DNA of 31,444 nt from Thermodesulfovibrionia bacterium. GTDB lineage: Bacteria; Nitrospirota; Thermodesulfovibrionia; Thermodesulfovibrionales; SM23-35. Where the stretch lies: positions 1 to 31,444 of the forward strand of contig JBGPPR010000001.1 in assembly GCA_041488675.1 (NCBI GenBank), in the 5' to 3' direction. The translations under genes and the position numbers were made by a program. Shown here piece after piece: positions 23,349 through 31,293 of this stretch; within the stretch, counting starts at the first letter, position 1; every line of letters starts with the position of its first letter. The notes below the pieces were generated by a model. The model saw only the letters and a list, made by a program, of their open reading frames with translations. It had not been told where the DNA came from and did no database searches.

Positions 23349-23377
23349 TTTAAAAGATGAAGGTGATACGATATAAT
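23349..23377 (+). promoter_or_regulatory. Putative sigma70 promoter for the kdsD operon
   Basis: TTTAAA(23349-54)-N17-TATAAT(23372-77). Confidence 0.5.
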
Positions 23378-23457
23378 AGCCTCGTGGATTTAGTTCAGAT
23401 CCCGGCAGTGTCTGTGAAAATATTGACAAGAACAGATAATCTGGAGACCTTGATTGA

Positions 23458-24426
23458 ATGGACAATATTCTTGATATAGCAAGAAAGGTCTTGAGAACAG
23501 AAGCAGATGCCGTCTATGCCCTGATCGAAAGGCTTGGCAGCAATTTTGAGAAGGCTGTTGAGAGTATTTATGAATGCAGAGGGAGAGTGGTTGTAACCGG
23601 CATGGGCAAGTCTGGTCTTGTTGGTAAGAAGGTAGCAGCCACACTGGCGTCAACAGGCACGCCCGCCTTTTTCCTGCACCCTGCAGAGGCAGGTCATGGC
23701 GACCTGGGAATGGTTACCTCCCGTGATGTCCTATTAGCCATCTCTAACAGCGGTGAGACAGAAGAAATTGTGGGGTTGATACCTTTTTTAAAGAGGTTCA
23801 ACCTTTGCCTTATCTCAATAACAGGAAATCCAAACTCTACGTTGTCCAGGGCGGCTGACGTCACTCTCGATGTCTCTGTAAAGGAAGAGGCATATCCCTT
23901 CGGCATTGTGCCGACGGCATCAACGACTGCGGCCATGGCAATCGGTGATGCCCTGGCTGTTGCCCTGCTCGTGAAAAAAGGCCTAAAAGAAGAAGACTTT
24001 GCCTTTTTCCATCCCGGGGGAAGCATTGGCAAGAAACTGCTCATTACCGTGCAAGACCTTATGCATAAGGGGGGCAATATCCCAAAGGTGTTTCTTGATA
24101 CACCGATGTCAAAGGCGGTGATAGAGATGTCTTCCAAGAGACTTGGCCATACCATTGTCCTGGACAATAACGGCAGGGTTGCGGGGATCATTGCCGACGG
24201 AGATGTAAGGAGGGGCTTGGAAAAATGGGGCGGCCGGCTCTTTGAGTTGACAGCAAAAGAGGTTATGTCGGGAACCCCTAAAACATTACGTGAAGAGGAA
24301 CTGGCTGCGAAAGCATTGTCTATTATGGAAAGTCATTCAATAACAGCCTTGGTTGTACTTGATGGCGATGGTCGAGCAATCGGGATAATACACCTCCACG
24401 ATATATTGAGACAGGGAATAGTCTGA
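23458..24426 (+). CDS. kdsD: Arabinose 5-phosphate isomerase (KpsF/GutQ family, SIS + 2 CBS)
   Basis: GMGKSG, ATLASTGTPAFFLHPAEAGHGDLG, SNSGET, FHPGGSIG, tandem CBS domains. Confidence 0.96.
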   Translation: MDNILDIARKVLRTEADAVYALIERLGSNFEKAVESIYECRGRVVVTGMGKSGLVGKKVAATLASTGTPAFFLHPAEAGHGDLGMVTSRDVLLAISNSGETEEIVGLIPFLKRFNLCLISITGNPNSTLSRAADVTLDVSVKEEAYPFGIVPTASTTAAMAIGDALAVALLVKKGLKEEDFAFFHPGGSIGKKLLITVQDLMHKGGNIPKVFLDTPMSKAVIEMSSKRLGHTIVLDNNGRVAGIIADGDVRRGLEKWGGRLFELTAKEVMSGTPKTLREEELAAKALSIMESHSITALVVLDGDGRAIGIIHLHDILRQGIV

Positions 24427-24437
24427 AAGATTCGAGA

Positions 24438-24980
24438 GTGAAAAAAAATTCCGAGAAGAAGCTCCTGAACTTTGCCAGGCACATTAAGATAGTTATTGTT
24501 GATGTTGATGGCGTCCTTACTGATGGCAGCATTATGCTGGATAATGAGGGAAATGAGTTCAAGTCCTTCCATGTGAGAGATGGACATGGAATCAAGATGC
24601 TCATAAGGGCAGGGTTCATAGTGGCGATGATTACGGGTAGATATTCGAAAGTTGTCGAGAGGAGGGCTTCTGAACTCGGCATAACCGAAGTCTATCAGAG
24701 GTGTCATGACAAGAGGGTTCCCTATCGTCATCTGCTTGAAAAATATTCCGTCGACTCAGGAAAGGTCGCATATATTGGTGACGATATCGTTGATCTCCCT
24801 CTCTTGCAAGGGGTTGGATTTTCCGTCGCTGTTGCAGATGCTGCTGAAGAAGCAAAGAGAGCTGCAATGATGATAACAAAAAGTAAGGGAGGCAGGGGCG
24901 CCGTCAGAGAAGTATGTGATTTTCTTTTAAAAGCAAAGGGTCTGTGGGAAGGCATAATCGATGAATACTCTCAGGCTTAA
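24438..24980 (+). CDS. kdsC: KDO 8-phosphate phosphatase (HAD)
   Basis: DVDGVLTDG, FHVRDGHG, ITGR, YIGDDIVD, GGRGAVRE; GTG start. Confidence 0.96.
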   Translation: MKKNSEKKLLNFARHIKIVIVDVDGVLTDGSIMLDNEGNEFKSFHVRDGHGIKMLIRAGFIVAMITGRYSKVVERRASELGITEVYQRCHDKRVPYRHLLEKYSVDSGKVAYIGDDIVDLPLLQGVGFSVAVADAAEEAKRAAMMITKSKGGRGAVREVCDFLLKAKGLWEGIIDEYSQA

Positions 24981-25650
24981 CCTGCCGACGGTCCTGACGT
25001 TGAGCAGGATTCTCCTCGTCCCCGTTTTTATATTCTCTGTCTATCAGCATCAGATAGTCGGTGCCCTAATATTCGGAATCGCCTCAATAACAGATTACCT
25101 CGACGGTTATTTCGCACGTCACTCCGGAGAAATAACGAAATTGGGGATTATCCTTGATCCTCTTGCAGACAAGTTCTTAGTTATATCTGCGCTGATTGTA
25201 CTCGTTGACATGGAAAGGCTGCCGGCATGGATAGCAATTGTTATCATAGTGCGGGAGTTCCTCGTGACAGGTCTTAGGGCTGTAGCCCTTTCAAAAAATG
25301 TTATCATCCCGGCCGAAATGGGGGGCAAGATGAAGACCTTTACGCAGATAATTGCCATTCTCTGTCTCATTCTCATGGGGAGCATATTCGACAAAATGGT
25401 GATTGTATTCGCAGTTATTGCTTCCTTTCTCTTTTATGCAACATATTTAATACAACAAAGATATAAGAGGTTAGCACGGAAAATAACAGCGATATCATTG
25501 TCTATTATTGCTTTTGGGGTTATATCGGCTCTATTTTCTCCTCGAATAGACAGTCTTTACGATGCCGGATTTATATTGATATCGGTTGCGCTTATGCTGT
25601 CTATAATATCAGGAGCCCAGTACACTATATCTTTCTGGAGAAAGATATGA
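24961..25650 (+). CDS. pgsA: CDP-diacylglycerol--glycerol-3-phosphate 3-phosphatidyltransferase, with an internal hydrophobic insertion
   Basis: DYLDGYFAR-x8-G-x3-DPLADK motif, REFLVTGLR, GKMKT; 229 aa. Confidence 0.93.
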   Translation: MNTLRLNLPTVLTLSRILLVPVFIFSVYQHQIVGALIFGIASITDYLDGYFARHSGEITKLGIILDPLADKFLVISALIVLVDMERLPAWIAIVIIVREFLVTGLRAVALSKNVIIPAEMGGKMKTFTQIIAILCLILMGSIFDKMVIVFAVIASFLFYATYLIQQRYKRLARKITAISLSIIAFGVISALFSPRIDSLYDAGFILISVALMLSIISGAQYTISFWRKI

Positions 25651-25680
25651 AAAAAAGGTGATGATATCATTTATATACAT

Positions 25681-26268
25681 ATGCTGAAAATAACTCTCCT
25701 TATTATTTGTGCCTTTATAATGGGATCGATCCCTGTTGGTATGTTAGTAGCAAAGGCAAAAGGGGTTGACCTTAAAAAGGTTGGAAGCGGAAATATTGGT
25801 GCAACCAATGTCCTGAGGTCTCTCGGAAAGGGACCGGCTGCTTTAACCCTCCTTGGCGACATGCTGAAGGGTACTCTCGCAGTAGCACTGGGAAGATACT
25901 TTGGACTGGGAACTTTCTATGAAGGTATCATAGGTCTTTCGGCCATCCTTGGGCATAACTTTTCCGTCTTCCTGGGCTTCAGAGGAGGTAAAGGAGTTGC
26001 GACAAGCCTTGGAGTATTTATCCTTTACTCTCCACGAACAGCTCTCATTACTTTTGTGATATGGATGGCGGTTGTTATAACTACAAAGTATTCTTCTCTC
26101 GGTGCTCTTATATCCTTTGGACTCTTGCCATTAAACATTATTCTTTTCGATAGTAAAGACAAGCTTCCTGTCGCTCTTCTTGTAACACTTTTTATTCTCA
26201 TACGCCATACAGATAATATCCAAAGGCTCATGAAAGGCACTGAGAGAAGGATAGGAGAACGCGTGTGA
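25681..26268 (+). CDS. plsY: Glycerol-3-phosphate acyltransferase PlsY
   Basis: GSIP, GSGNIGATNVLR, GHNFSVFLGFRGGKGVATSLG, RHTDNIQRL. Confidence 0.97.
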   Translation: MLKITLLIICAFIMGSIPVGMLVAKAKGVDLKKVGSGNIGATNVLRSLGKGPAALTLLGDMLKGTLAVALGRYFGLGTFYEGIIGLSAILGHNFSVFLGFRGGKGVATSLGVFILYSPRTALITFVIWMAVVITTKYSSLGALISFGLLPLNIILFDSKDKLPVALLVTLFILIRHTDNIQRLMKGTERRIGERV

Positions 26269-27935
26269 AAAAGTTTTCTATCGCAGTTTTCTTGTCTTTG
26301 CTTCTCATTCCTTTTTTTTCAGCAGGGAAAGATTTCTATGAAGAACAGCTTGATAGAGGGATCAGAAATTCAGAGTCTTACTCATATTTTCTCATAGAGA
26401 AGTCAAGAGCAAATCCTTCCCAAAAGGAGGAAATTCTGAAAGAAGCATTGAGATGCTCTCCAGACTTGCCGGCAGTATATTTTGAGTTATCAAAGGCCAA
26501 TTTTTCCGCCTTTGGAGGAAGGATGTACAAAGCCTATGATTATATGCTCGGAGGAATAGAGGCATATAAGAGGAACTTTTGGTGGACCTTTACGCTTGCG
26601 GGTTCCCTTTTCTTGGGTTTGATCATTTCCTTTGTCTTCTCCATGTTAATTATTATTATCATAAGGCTTATGAGAGATTTGCCTCTTCTTACTCACGATA
26701 TCATGGAGCGGAAGAACAGGATGCTCCTCCTTCTAATTGTAATCATTTCAGCTTTTGCAGGGCCTCTCCTCTTAATGGGAAGTATCCTCATCGTACTCGG
26801 ACTTTATTTGAAAAAAGTTGACAGATCTGTTGTTTATCTGTACCTTCTTTTTCTCTTCCTTTCCCCATGGCTCTTAAAAGCCTCTTCGATCGCTTTTAGT
26901 GTCCCTTCTTCGAGCGTCCTTAAGGCAGTTATTGAAGTCAATGAGTCAAGAGATAGCAGATATGCCCTTTCTGTTCTGAATAATTCCGAAGATGAAGCAG
27001 CCCTTTCCTCGTATGCCCTTGCCTTGAAACGTGAAGGGTATTACGACGAGGCGATAGAGATATACAATAAACTTATTGCGGGAAATCCCGACCCTGCATT
27101 TTACAACAATCTTGCAAATTGCTATGTTGCAAAAGATGATTTGGAAAAGGCCATAAAACTCTATCAACAATCGATACAGATAAAACCTCTTGTTTCTGCT
27201 TACTACAATATGAGCCAGGTTTTGAGAAGGACACTCGATTTGGTGAAAGGTGAGGAGTATTTTCTCTATGCTCAAAGGATGGATCCTGATGCAATTACAG
27301 GGTTCCAGGCAGTCTTCAGCCAGAACCCGAACAGACTTGTTGTTGATGAAGTCCTTCCAATCTCAGCTCTCTGGGAATACTCTCGCGAGAAAGCAGCCGG
27401 AGTCTCTGCATTTGGCTTGTCAATGCTACCGCCGAGACGGTTGCCTGTTCTGGCTGTTTTCATTGGTGCCCTGTTTTATGTATTAAACAAGCGCATGAGA
27501 GCCAGGGCATACAGGTGCAAGAAATGCGGTACAATCATCTGTAACAAATGTGTGAGAAGAGTACTGTGGGGAAATATGTGTTTGCAGTGTTATAAATCCC
27601 TGATTGAACTCCATGAACTCGATGCAAGAGAGAGAATCACAAGGCTTAAGACTGTTTATGAATATCAGATGAGACGTAGAAGTATACTAAAGGTCCTGTC
27701 TTTCCTGCTGCCGGGATCTGCCTACATATATGCAGGATTCGTATTAAAAGGTTTTTTCATTCTCTGGTTGTTCTTATTCCTCCTGACAGCCTTCATCATC
27801 AGTTCTACCTTTGTGGTTGGAATGCCTTATTTTCCGCACCTCTGGCTGAATTGGGGTGCTCCTTTCCTTCTGGTAATGGTACTTCTCGTATCTAATATCA
27901 TTACACAACTGAGGCTTGCCAAGGGATGGCTTTGA
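26265..27935 (+). CDS. Multi-pass membrane protein with TPR repeats and a 6-Cys zinc-finger-like motif
   Basis: Signal-like N-terminus, several TM stretches, TPR-like repeats (ALKREGYYDEAIEIY, FYNNLANCY...AIKLYQQSI), CxxC-x4-CxxC-x9-CxxC at 27516-27590; GTG start overlapping the plsY stop. Confidence 0.8.
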   Translation: MKKFSIAVFLSLLLIPFFSAGKDFYEEQLDRGIRNSESYSYFLIEKSRANPSQKEEILKEALRCSPDLPAVYFELSKANFSAFGGRMYKAYDYMLGGIEAYKRNFWWTFTLAGSLFLGLIISFVFSMLIIIIIRLMRDLPLLTHDIMERKNRMLLLLIVIISAFAGPLLLMGSILIVLGLYLKKVDRSVVYLYLLFLFLSPWLLKASSIAFSVPSSSVLKAVIEVNESRDSRYALSVLNNSEDEAALSSYALALKREGYYDEAIEIYNKLIAGNPDPAFYNNLANCYVAKDDLEKAIKLYQQSIQIKPLVSAYYNMSQVLRRTLDLVKGEEYFLYAQRMDPDAITGFQAVFSQNPNRLVVDEVLPISALWEYSREKAAGVSAFGLSMLPPRRLPVLAVFIGALFYVLNKRMRARAYRCKKCGTIICNKCVRRVLWGNMCLQCYKSLIELHELDARERITRLKTVYEYQMRRRSILKVLSFLLPGSAYIYAGFVLKGFFILWLFLFLLTAFIISSTFVVGMPYFPHLWLNWGAPFLLVMVLLVSNIITQLRLAKGWL

Positions 27936-28996
27936 GAGGTTCTTTAGAAGTCTTTGGCCTTGCCGATATACTCCAACTGATTCATTTCCAGCGGAAGAGC
28001 GGGGTTCTTGCCTTGGAGGGAGAGAAAGATGAGGTAAAGGTCTTTTTCATGGAGGGCAACATTGTAAGAGCTACATCACAAAGGAGGCAGGAAGACGCCA
28101 GGCTGGGGAAGGTGCTTCTGAAAAGAGGTGCCTTGAAGGATGAAGACCTGCAAATTGCTCTCGAGGAACAACGCAGAACGGGAAAGGCGCTCGGCGGTAT
28201 CCTCCTGAAAAAGGGGGTTGTTGATAAAGAACACATAAAGGAAGTTTTGACCGGCCAGATTACTGAAACAGTTCTCCAATTGTTTAGCTGGGAGAAGGGG
28301 ACCTATGAGTTTACACCTCAGGCAATAACTCTTGATTCCGCCGGTGATAAGGAAGTTCCCATAACTCTTGATACTCAACACCTGCTTATGGAGGGCCTGA
28401 GGATACTTGATGAATGGTCTGTCCTTGAAGGAAGATTAGCGCTCGATGCAGTTTTAATAATTACTACAGGGGCTGTTGCTGATTTGAGCAAAGAGGAGCA
28501 AGAAATCCTGCCGTTGGTAGACGGAGAAAATGATCTCAGCACAATAATCGATATCAGCGGAAAAGACGGGTTCACAGTAGCCAAAATCCTCTTTTCCCTC
28601 ATGGGCAAAGGAATTGTGGAAGCCAAAGAGGTTGCTCCTGTTATTGAAGAGCCATTAGAAGAAGTAAGAATACCAAGGATTTCTGATTCAGTATTGTATA
28701 AAGTTGCTGTGAAGGGAGCGATAGTAATTTCCGTCATGCTCTCACTTTCTCTCGCTTTTTTAAATGGGGATGATACAATTAAGAAATTCAGGGCGTCAAA
28801 AGCAGTTGAGAGCTTGAGGTTGAAGATAGAAGCGTATAAGTTTGAGCACGGTGATTACCCGGAGACATTGGATGCTGTATCCAGACAATTAGATCCCTGG
28901 AAAAGACCTTACATTTACAAACACGGTATGCATACATTTGTTGTCATGAGTACTGGGGCGGACGGAAAAGAAGGAACTGCAGACGATGTTTTCTGA
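27926..28996 (+). CDS. DUF4388 (PatA_N-like) protein with tandem MshEN-like motifs, one TM helix and a C-terminal GspG-like pseudopilin head
   Basis: [18 protein letters not shown]...KSGVL (DUF4388); RLG..LL..G....L..AL..Q x2 (aa 59-111); TM aa ~261-279; IEAY..EHGDYP...DPWKRPYIY...[13 protein letters not shown]. Confidence 0.8.
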   Translation: MALRGSLEVFGLADILQLIHFQRKSGVLALEGEKDEVKVFFMEGNIVRATSQRRQEDARLGKVLLKRGALKDEDLQIALEEQRRTGKALGGILLKKGVVDKEHIKEVLTGQITETVLQLFSWEKGTYEFTPQAITLDSAGDKEVPITLDTQHLLMEGLRILDEWSVLEGRLALDAVLIITTGAVADLSKEEQEILPLVDGENDLSTIIDISGKDGFTVAKILFSLMGKGIVEAKEVAPVIEEPLEEVRIPRISDSVLYKVAVKGAIVISVMLSLSLAFLNGDDTIKKFRASKAVESLRLKIEAYKFEHGDYPETLDAVSRQLDPWKRPYIYKHGMHTFVVMSTGADGKEGTADDVF

Positions 28997-29007
28997 AGGG
29001 TGAAGAG

Positions 29008-29796
29008 ATGACGAGAAGGAAAGCTGTGGTTCTCCTCAGCGGGGGAATTGATTCGTCAACGACCCTTGCAGTTGCAAAATCCGAGGGGTATGAATTATAC
29101 GCCCTCAGTTTTGATTATAACCAACGGCACAAGAGGGAGATTGAGTCCGCACAGTTGGTTGCCGAAGCCCTTGGAGTTGGACGGCATCTTATTATTCATT
29201 TTGATCTCCGGAGCATCGGGGGTTCGGCTCTCACTTCAGATAGGAAAGTACCCAAACGAGTCACAATTAACGAGCCACAAGTAACGTGTGAAAAAAAGGA
29301 CTCGTCACTAATTCCGGTGACCTATGTCCCGGCCCGCAATACAATTTTTCTCTCCTTTGCCCTGGGTTGGGCAGAGGTTTTAGAGGCTGAGGATATCTTT
29401 ATCGGTGTAAATTCCGTCGACTATAGCGGTTATCCCGACTGCAGACCTGAATACCTTTGGGCATTTGAGGATATGGCAAACCTTGCAACAAAAGCTTCTG
29501 TTGAAGGCAGGTTAAGGTTTGTGATAAGAGCGCCTCTCGTATCAATGGAAAAATCTGAGATAATCAAGAAGGGAGTGGAACTCGGGCTTGATTACTCTTT
29601 AACCTGGAGCTGCTATGACCCGCAGAAAGGCGGTGATGCGTTATCCGTAATGCGTAATGGGATGAGAAAAAACACACATTACACTTCACGCATTACTCAT
29701 CACAATTATGTCCCCTGTGGTTTATGTGAGAGCTGCGTAATCCGCACAGAAGGTTTCAGAAAGGCGGGGTTAAAGGATCCGCTCATGGAGCCCTAA
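29008..29796 (+). CDS. queC: 7-cyano-7-deazaguanine synthase, with two repeat-derived in-frame insertions
   Basis: [36 protein letters not shown]...CGLCESC..R. Confidence 0.97.
   Translation: MTRRKAVVLLSGGIDSSTTLAVAKSEGYELYALSFDYNQRHKREIESAQLVAEALGVGRHLIIHFDLRSIGGSALTSDRKVPKRVTINEPQVTCEKKDSSLIPVTYVPARNTIFLSFALGWAEVLEAEDIFIGVNSVDYSGYPDCRPEYLWAFEDMANLATKASVEGRLRFVIRAPLVSMEKSEIIKKGVELGLDYSLTWSCYDPQKGGDALSVMRNGMRKNTHYTSRITHHNYVPCGLCESCVIRTEGFRKAGLKDPLMEP
29255..29309 (+). repeat. Degenerate heptamer repeat with an inverted half, in frame in queC (insertion 1)
   Basis: AACGAGT CACAATT AACGAGC CACAAGT AACGTGT (29255-89); GACTCGT 29299-305 is the reverse complement of ACGAGTC 29256-62. Confidence 0.7.
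29632..29704 (+). repeat. 4x7 + 4x7 heptamer hairpin, in frame in queC (insertion 2)
   Basis: GGTGATG CGTTATC CGTAATG CGTAATG, 17-nt loop, CATTACA CTTCACG CATTACT CATCACA. Confidence 0.85.
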
Positions 29797-29807
29797 AAGA
29801 CTTAGAC

Positions 29808-30215
29808 ATGACGTTTCCCATCAGACCGTGCATCAGACTCAGAGGGCATCATCTCATGTGTCTCCATTTCTTTAGTGGGGAAGGTTACGCTCTCGAATTT
29901 ATTTCAAACCTGAGGAAGATTTTGGAAAGAGCCGGATCTGGAGAAGAGATTGCAATTTGTACCGGTGCGGATGATGTTTGTGGCAAATGCCCCCATCTGA
30001 AAGGGGAAAGATGCCTTGTTGATAAAGATTCCGATGATGAGATAAGAGAGATGGACAGGAGAGCATTGGAATTGCTAAGATTGAGCGCTGACGGAAAAGT
30101 ACAGTGGTCGATGATAAAGGATAAAATTCCAGAGATAATCGAGGAATGGGCAAATACATATTGTAAGGCCTGTGGCTGGAGAAAGGCGTGCGGGCAACAT
30201 TTACAGATTTTATAG
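29808..30215 (+). CDS. DUF1284 family Cys/His-rich protein
   Basis: RLRGHHLMCLHFFSGEGY, DDVCGKCPH, C-terminal CKACGW. Confidence 0.8.
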   Translation: MTFPIRPCIRLRGHHLMCLHFFSGEGYALEFISNLRKILERAGSGEEIAICTGADDVCGKCPHLKGERCLVDKDSDDEIREMDRRALELLRLSADGKVQWSMIKDKIPEIIEEWANTYCKACGWRKACGQHLQIL

Positions 30216-30249
30216 GTGTCAAGAACTATGAATAAAGATCGTTCATGGA

Positions 30250-30837
30250 ATGAAACTACTGAAGGTAGACTTTGATGAAATTCAGAAGGCGATGGAAGAT
30301 GTCGTCAGGGATTCCTTTGATTACTTCCTTGACCTTCATACCGGAGAAGTTATAGCTCTATCAGAGGATATCCTGGACAAGGTTGGGGTGAGACTCTATG
30401 AGGGTGATTTTGATGCGATCGGAGACGATATTGAATACATTGAATTTTCTGAAGAGCCAACATTGCCTTCTTGGATGGAAGATGAGGTAGAACTCGTACT
30501 GAATGTGATGCTCGACAAAGATGGAAGATATGTCCGCATCCCGGAGAGACATTCGCCTGAGGCACATCAGGTTATGCTTGAATTTTTGGAAACCGTTGAA
30601 GAACCTGTTCTTAGAGGAGAGCTTGCTCATGCGCTCGATGGTAAAGGAGCTTTCAGAAGATTTAAAGACGTCCTTAGTTATCATCCAAAGGAGAGGAAAA
30701 AATGGCATGGCCATAATGCACGGGCCATGAAGAAAGTTATTACAGAATGGTTGAGGTCTTTAGAGGTAGAACCTGTGCAAATTAACCGGGAGAGAAAGGA
30801 AAGGGGGCAAGACGATGTCGGAGAAGTTGAGCTATGA
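30250..30837 (+). CDS. UPF0158 family protein
   Basis: YFLDLHTGEV, YVRIP, MLEFLE, ALDGKGAFRRFKDVL, ERKKW. Confidence 0.82.
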   Translation: MKLLKVDFDEIQKAMEDVVRDSFDYFLDLHTGEVIALSEDILDKVGVRLYEGDFDAIGDDIEYIEFSEEPTLPSWMEDEVELVLNVMLDKDGRYVRIPERHSPEAHQVMLEFLETVEEPVLRGELAHALDGKGAFRRFKDVLSYHPKERKKWHGHNARAMKKVITEWLRSLEVEPVQINRERKERGQDDVGEVEL

Positions 30838-31093
30838 AGAATTTATAAGGAGAGCAATCGTGAGTTTAAGAAAGGAGGGATACAAGGGAATTCATTCTGT
30901 ATATTCCGGATTTAATAGTGCCTTCAAGAAATATTTTGATGGTGAAAACCCTGTCGAGGTAACGAACAGATTAGCCCAGGAAGGAAGGATTGTCGTAAGA
31001 CCGGTTAAAGGTGGGGTGATGCTCTATCTCCCTGAGGAGGTGACTTCTCCAAGAGATTCGGCTGACGAGGCACTAAGGAAAATGGGATTGTAG
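30815..31093 (+). CDS. Small hypothetical protein (92 aa)
   Basis: ATG after AAGGGGG, overlaps the UPF0158 gene by 23 nt; protein-like sequence (KGIHSVYSGFN, RPVKGGVMLYLP). Confidence 0.75.
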   Translation: MSEKLSYEEFIRRAIVSLRKEGYKGIHSVYSGFNSAFKKYFDGENPVEVTNRLAQEGRIVVRPVKGGVMLYLPEEVTSPRDSADEALRKMGL

Positions 31094-31138
31094 TTCACAA
31101 ATTTGTCTTCTGTTTAGTAAAAAAGGACGTGACAACTG

Positions 31139-31293
31139 TAGTGTCTGAAACACTTCTTTACACTGATTCCGATGCTGTCATTCCCGCGAAAGCGGGAATC
31201 CAGAGCAAGAAGACTGGATTCTCCATGAGTCGTAGACCGGGTCAAGCTCGGAATGACGAAAGACGTAAAGTTATTTATAAGACAGCACACTAG
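31139..31293. repeat. Nested REP/dRS3-like palindromic element, possibly a degenerate MITE
   Basis: GTCATTCCCGCGAAAGCGGGAATCCAG 31177-31203 (ATTCCC-N8-GGGAAT), CTGGATTC 31214-21, GGAATGAC ending 31257; outer TAGTGT...CTTTAC vs GTAAAG...ACACTA. Confidence 0.7.
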
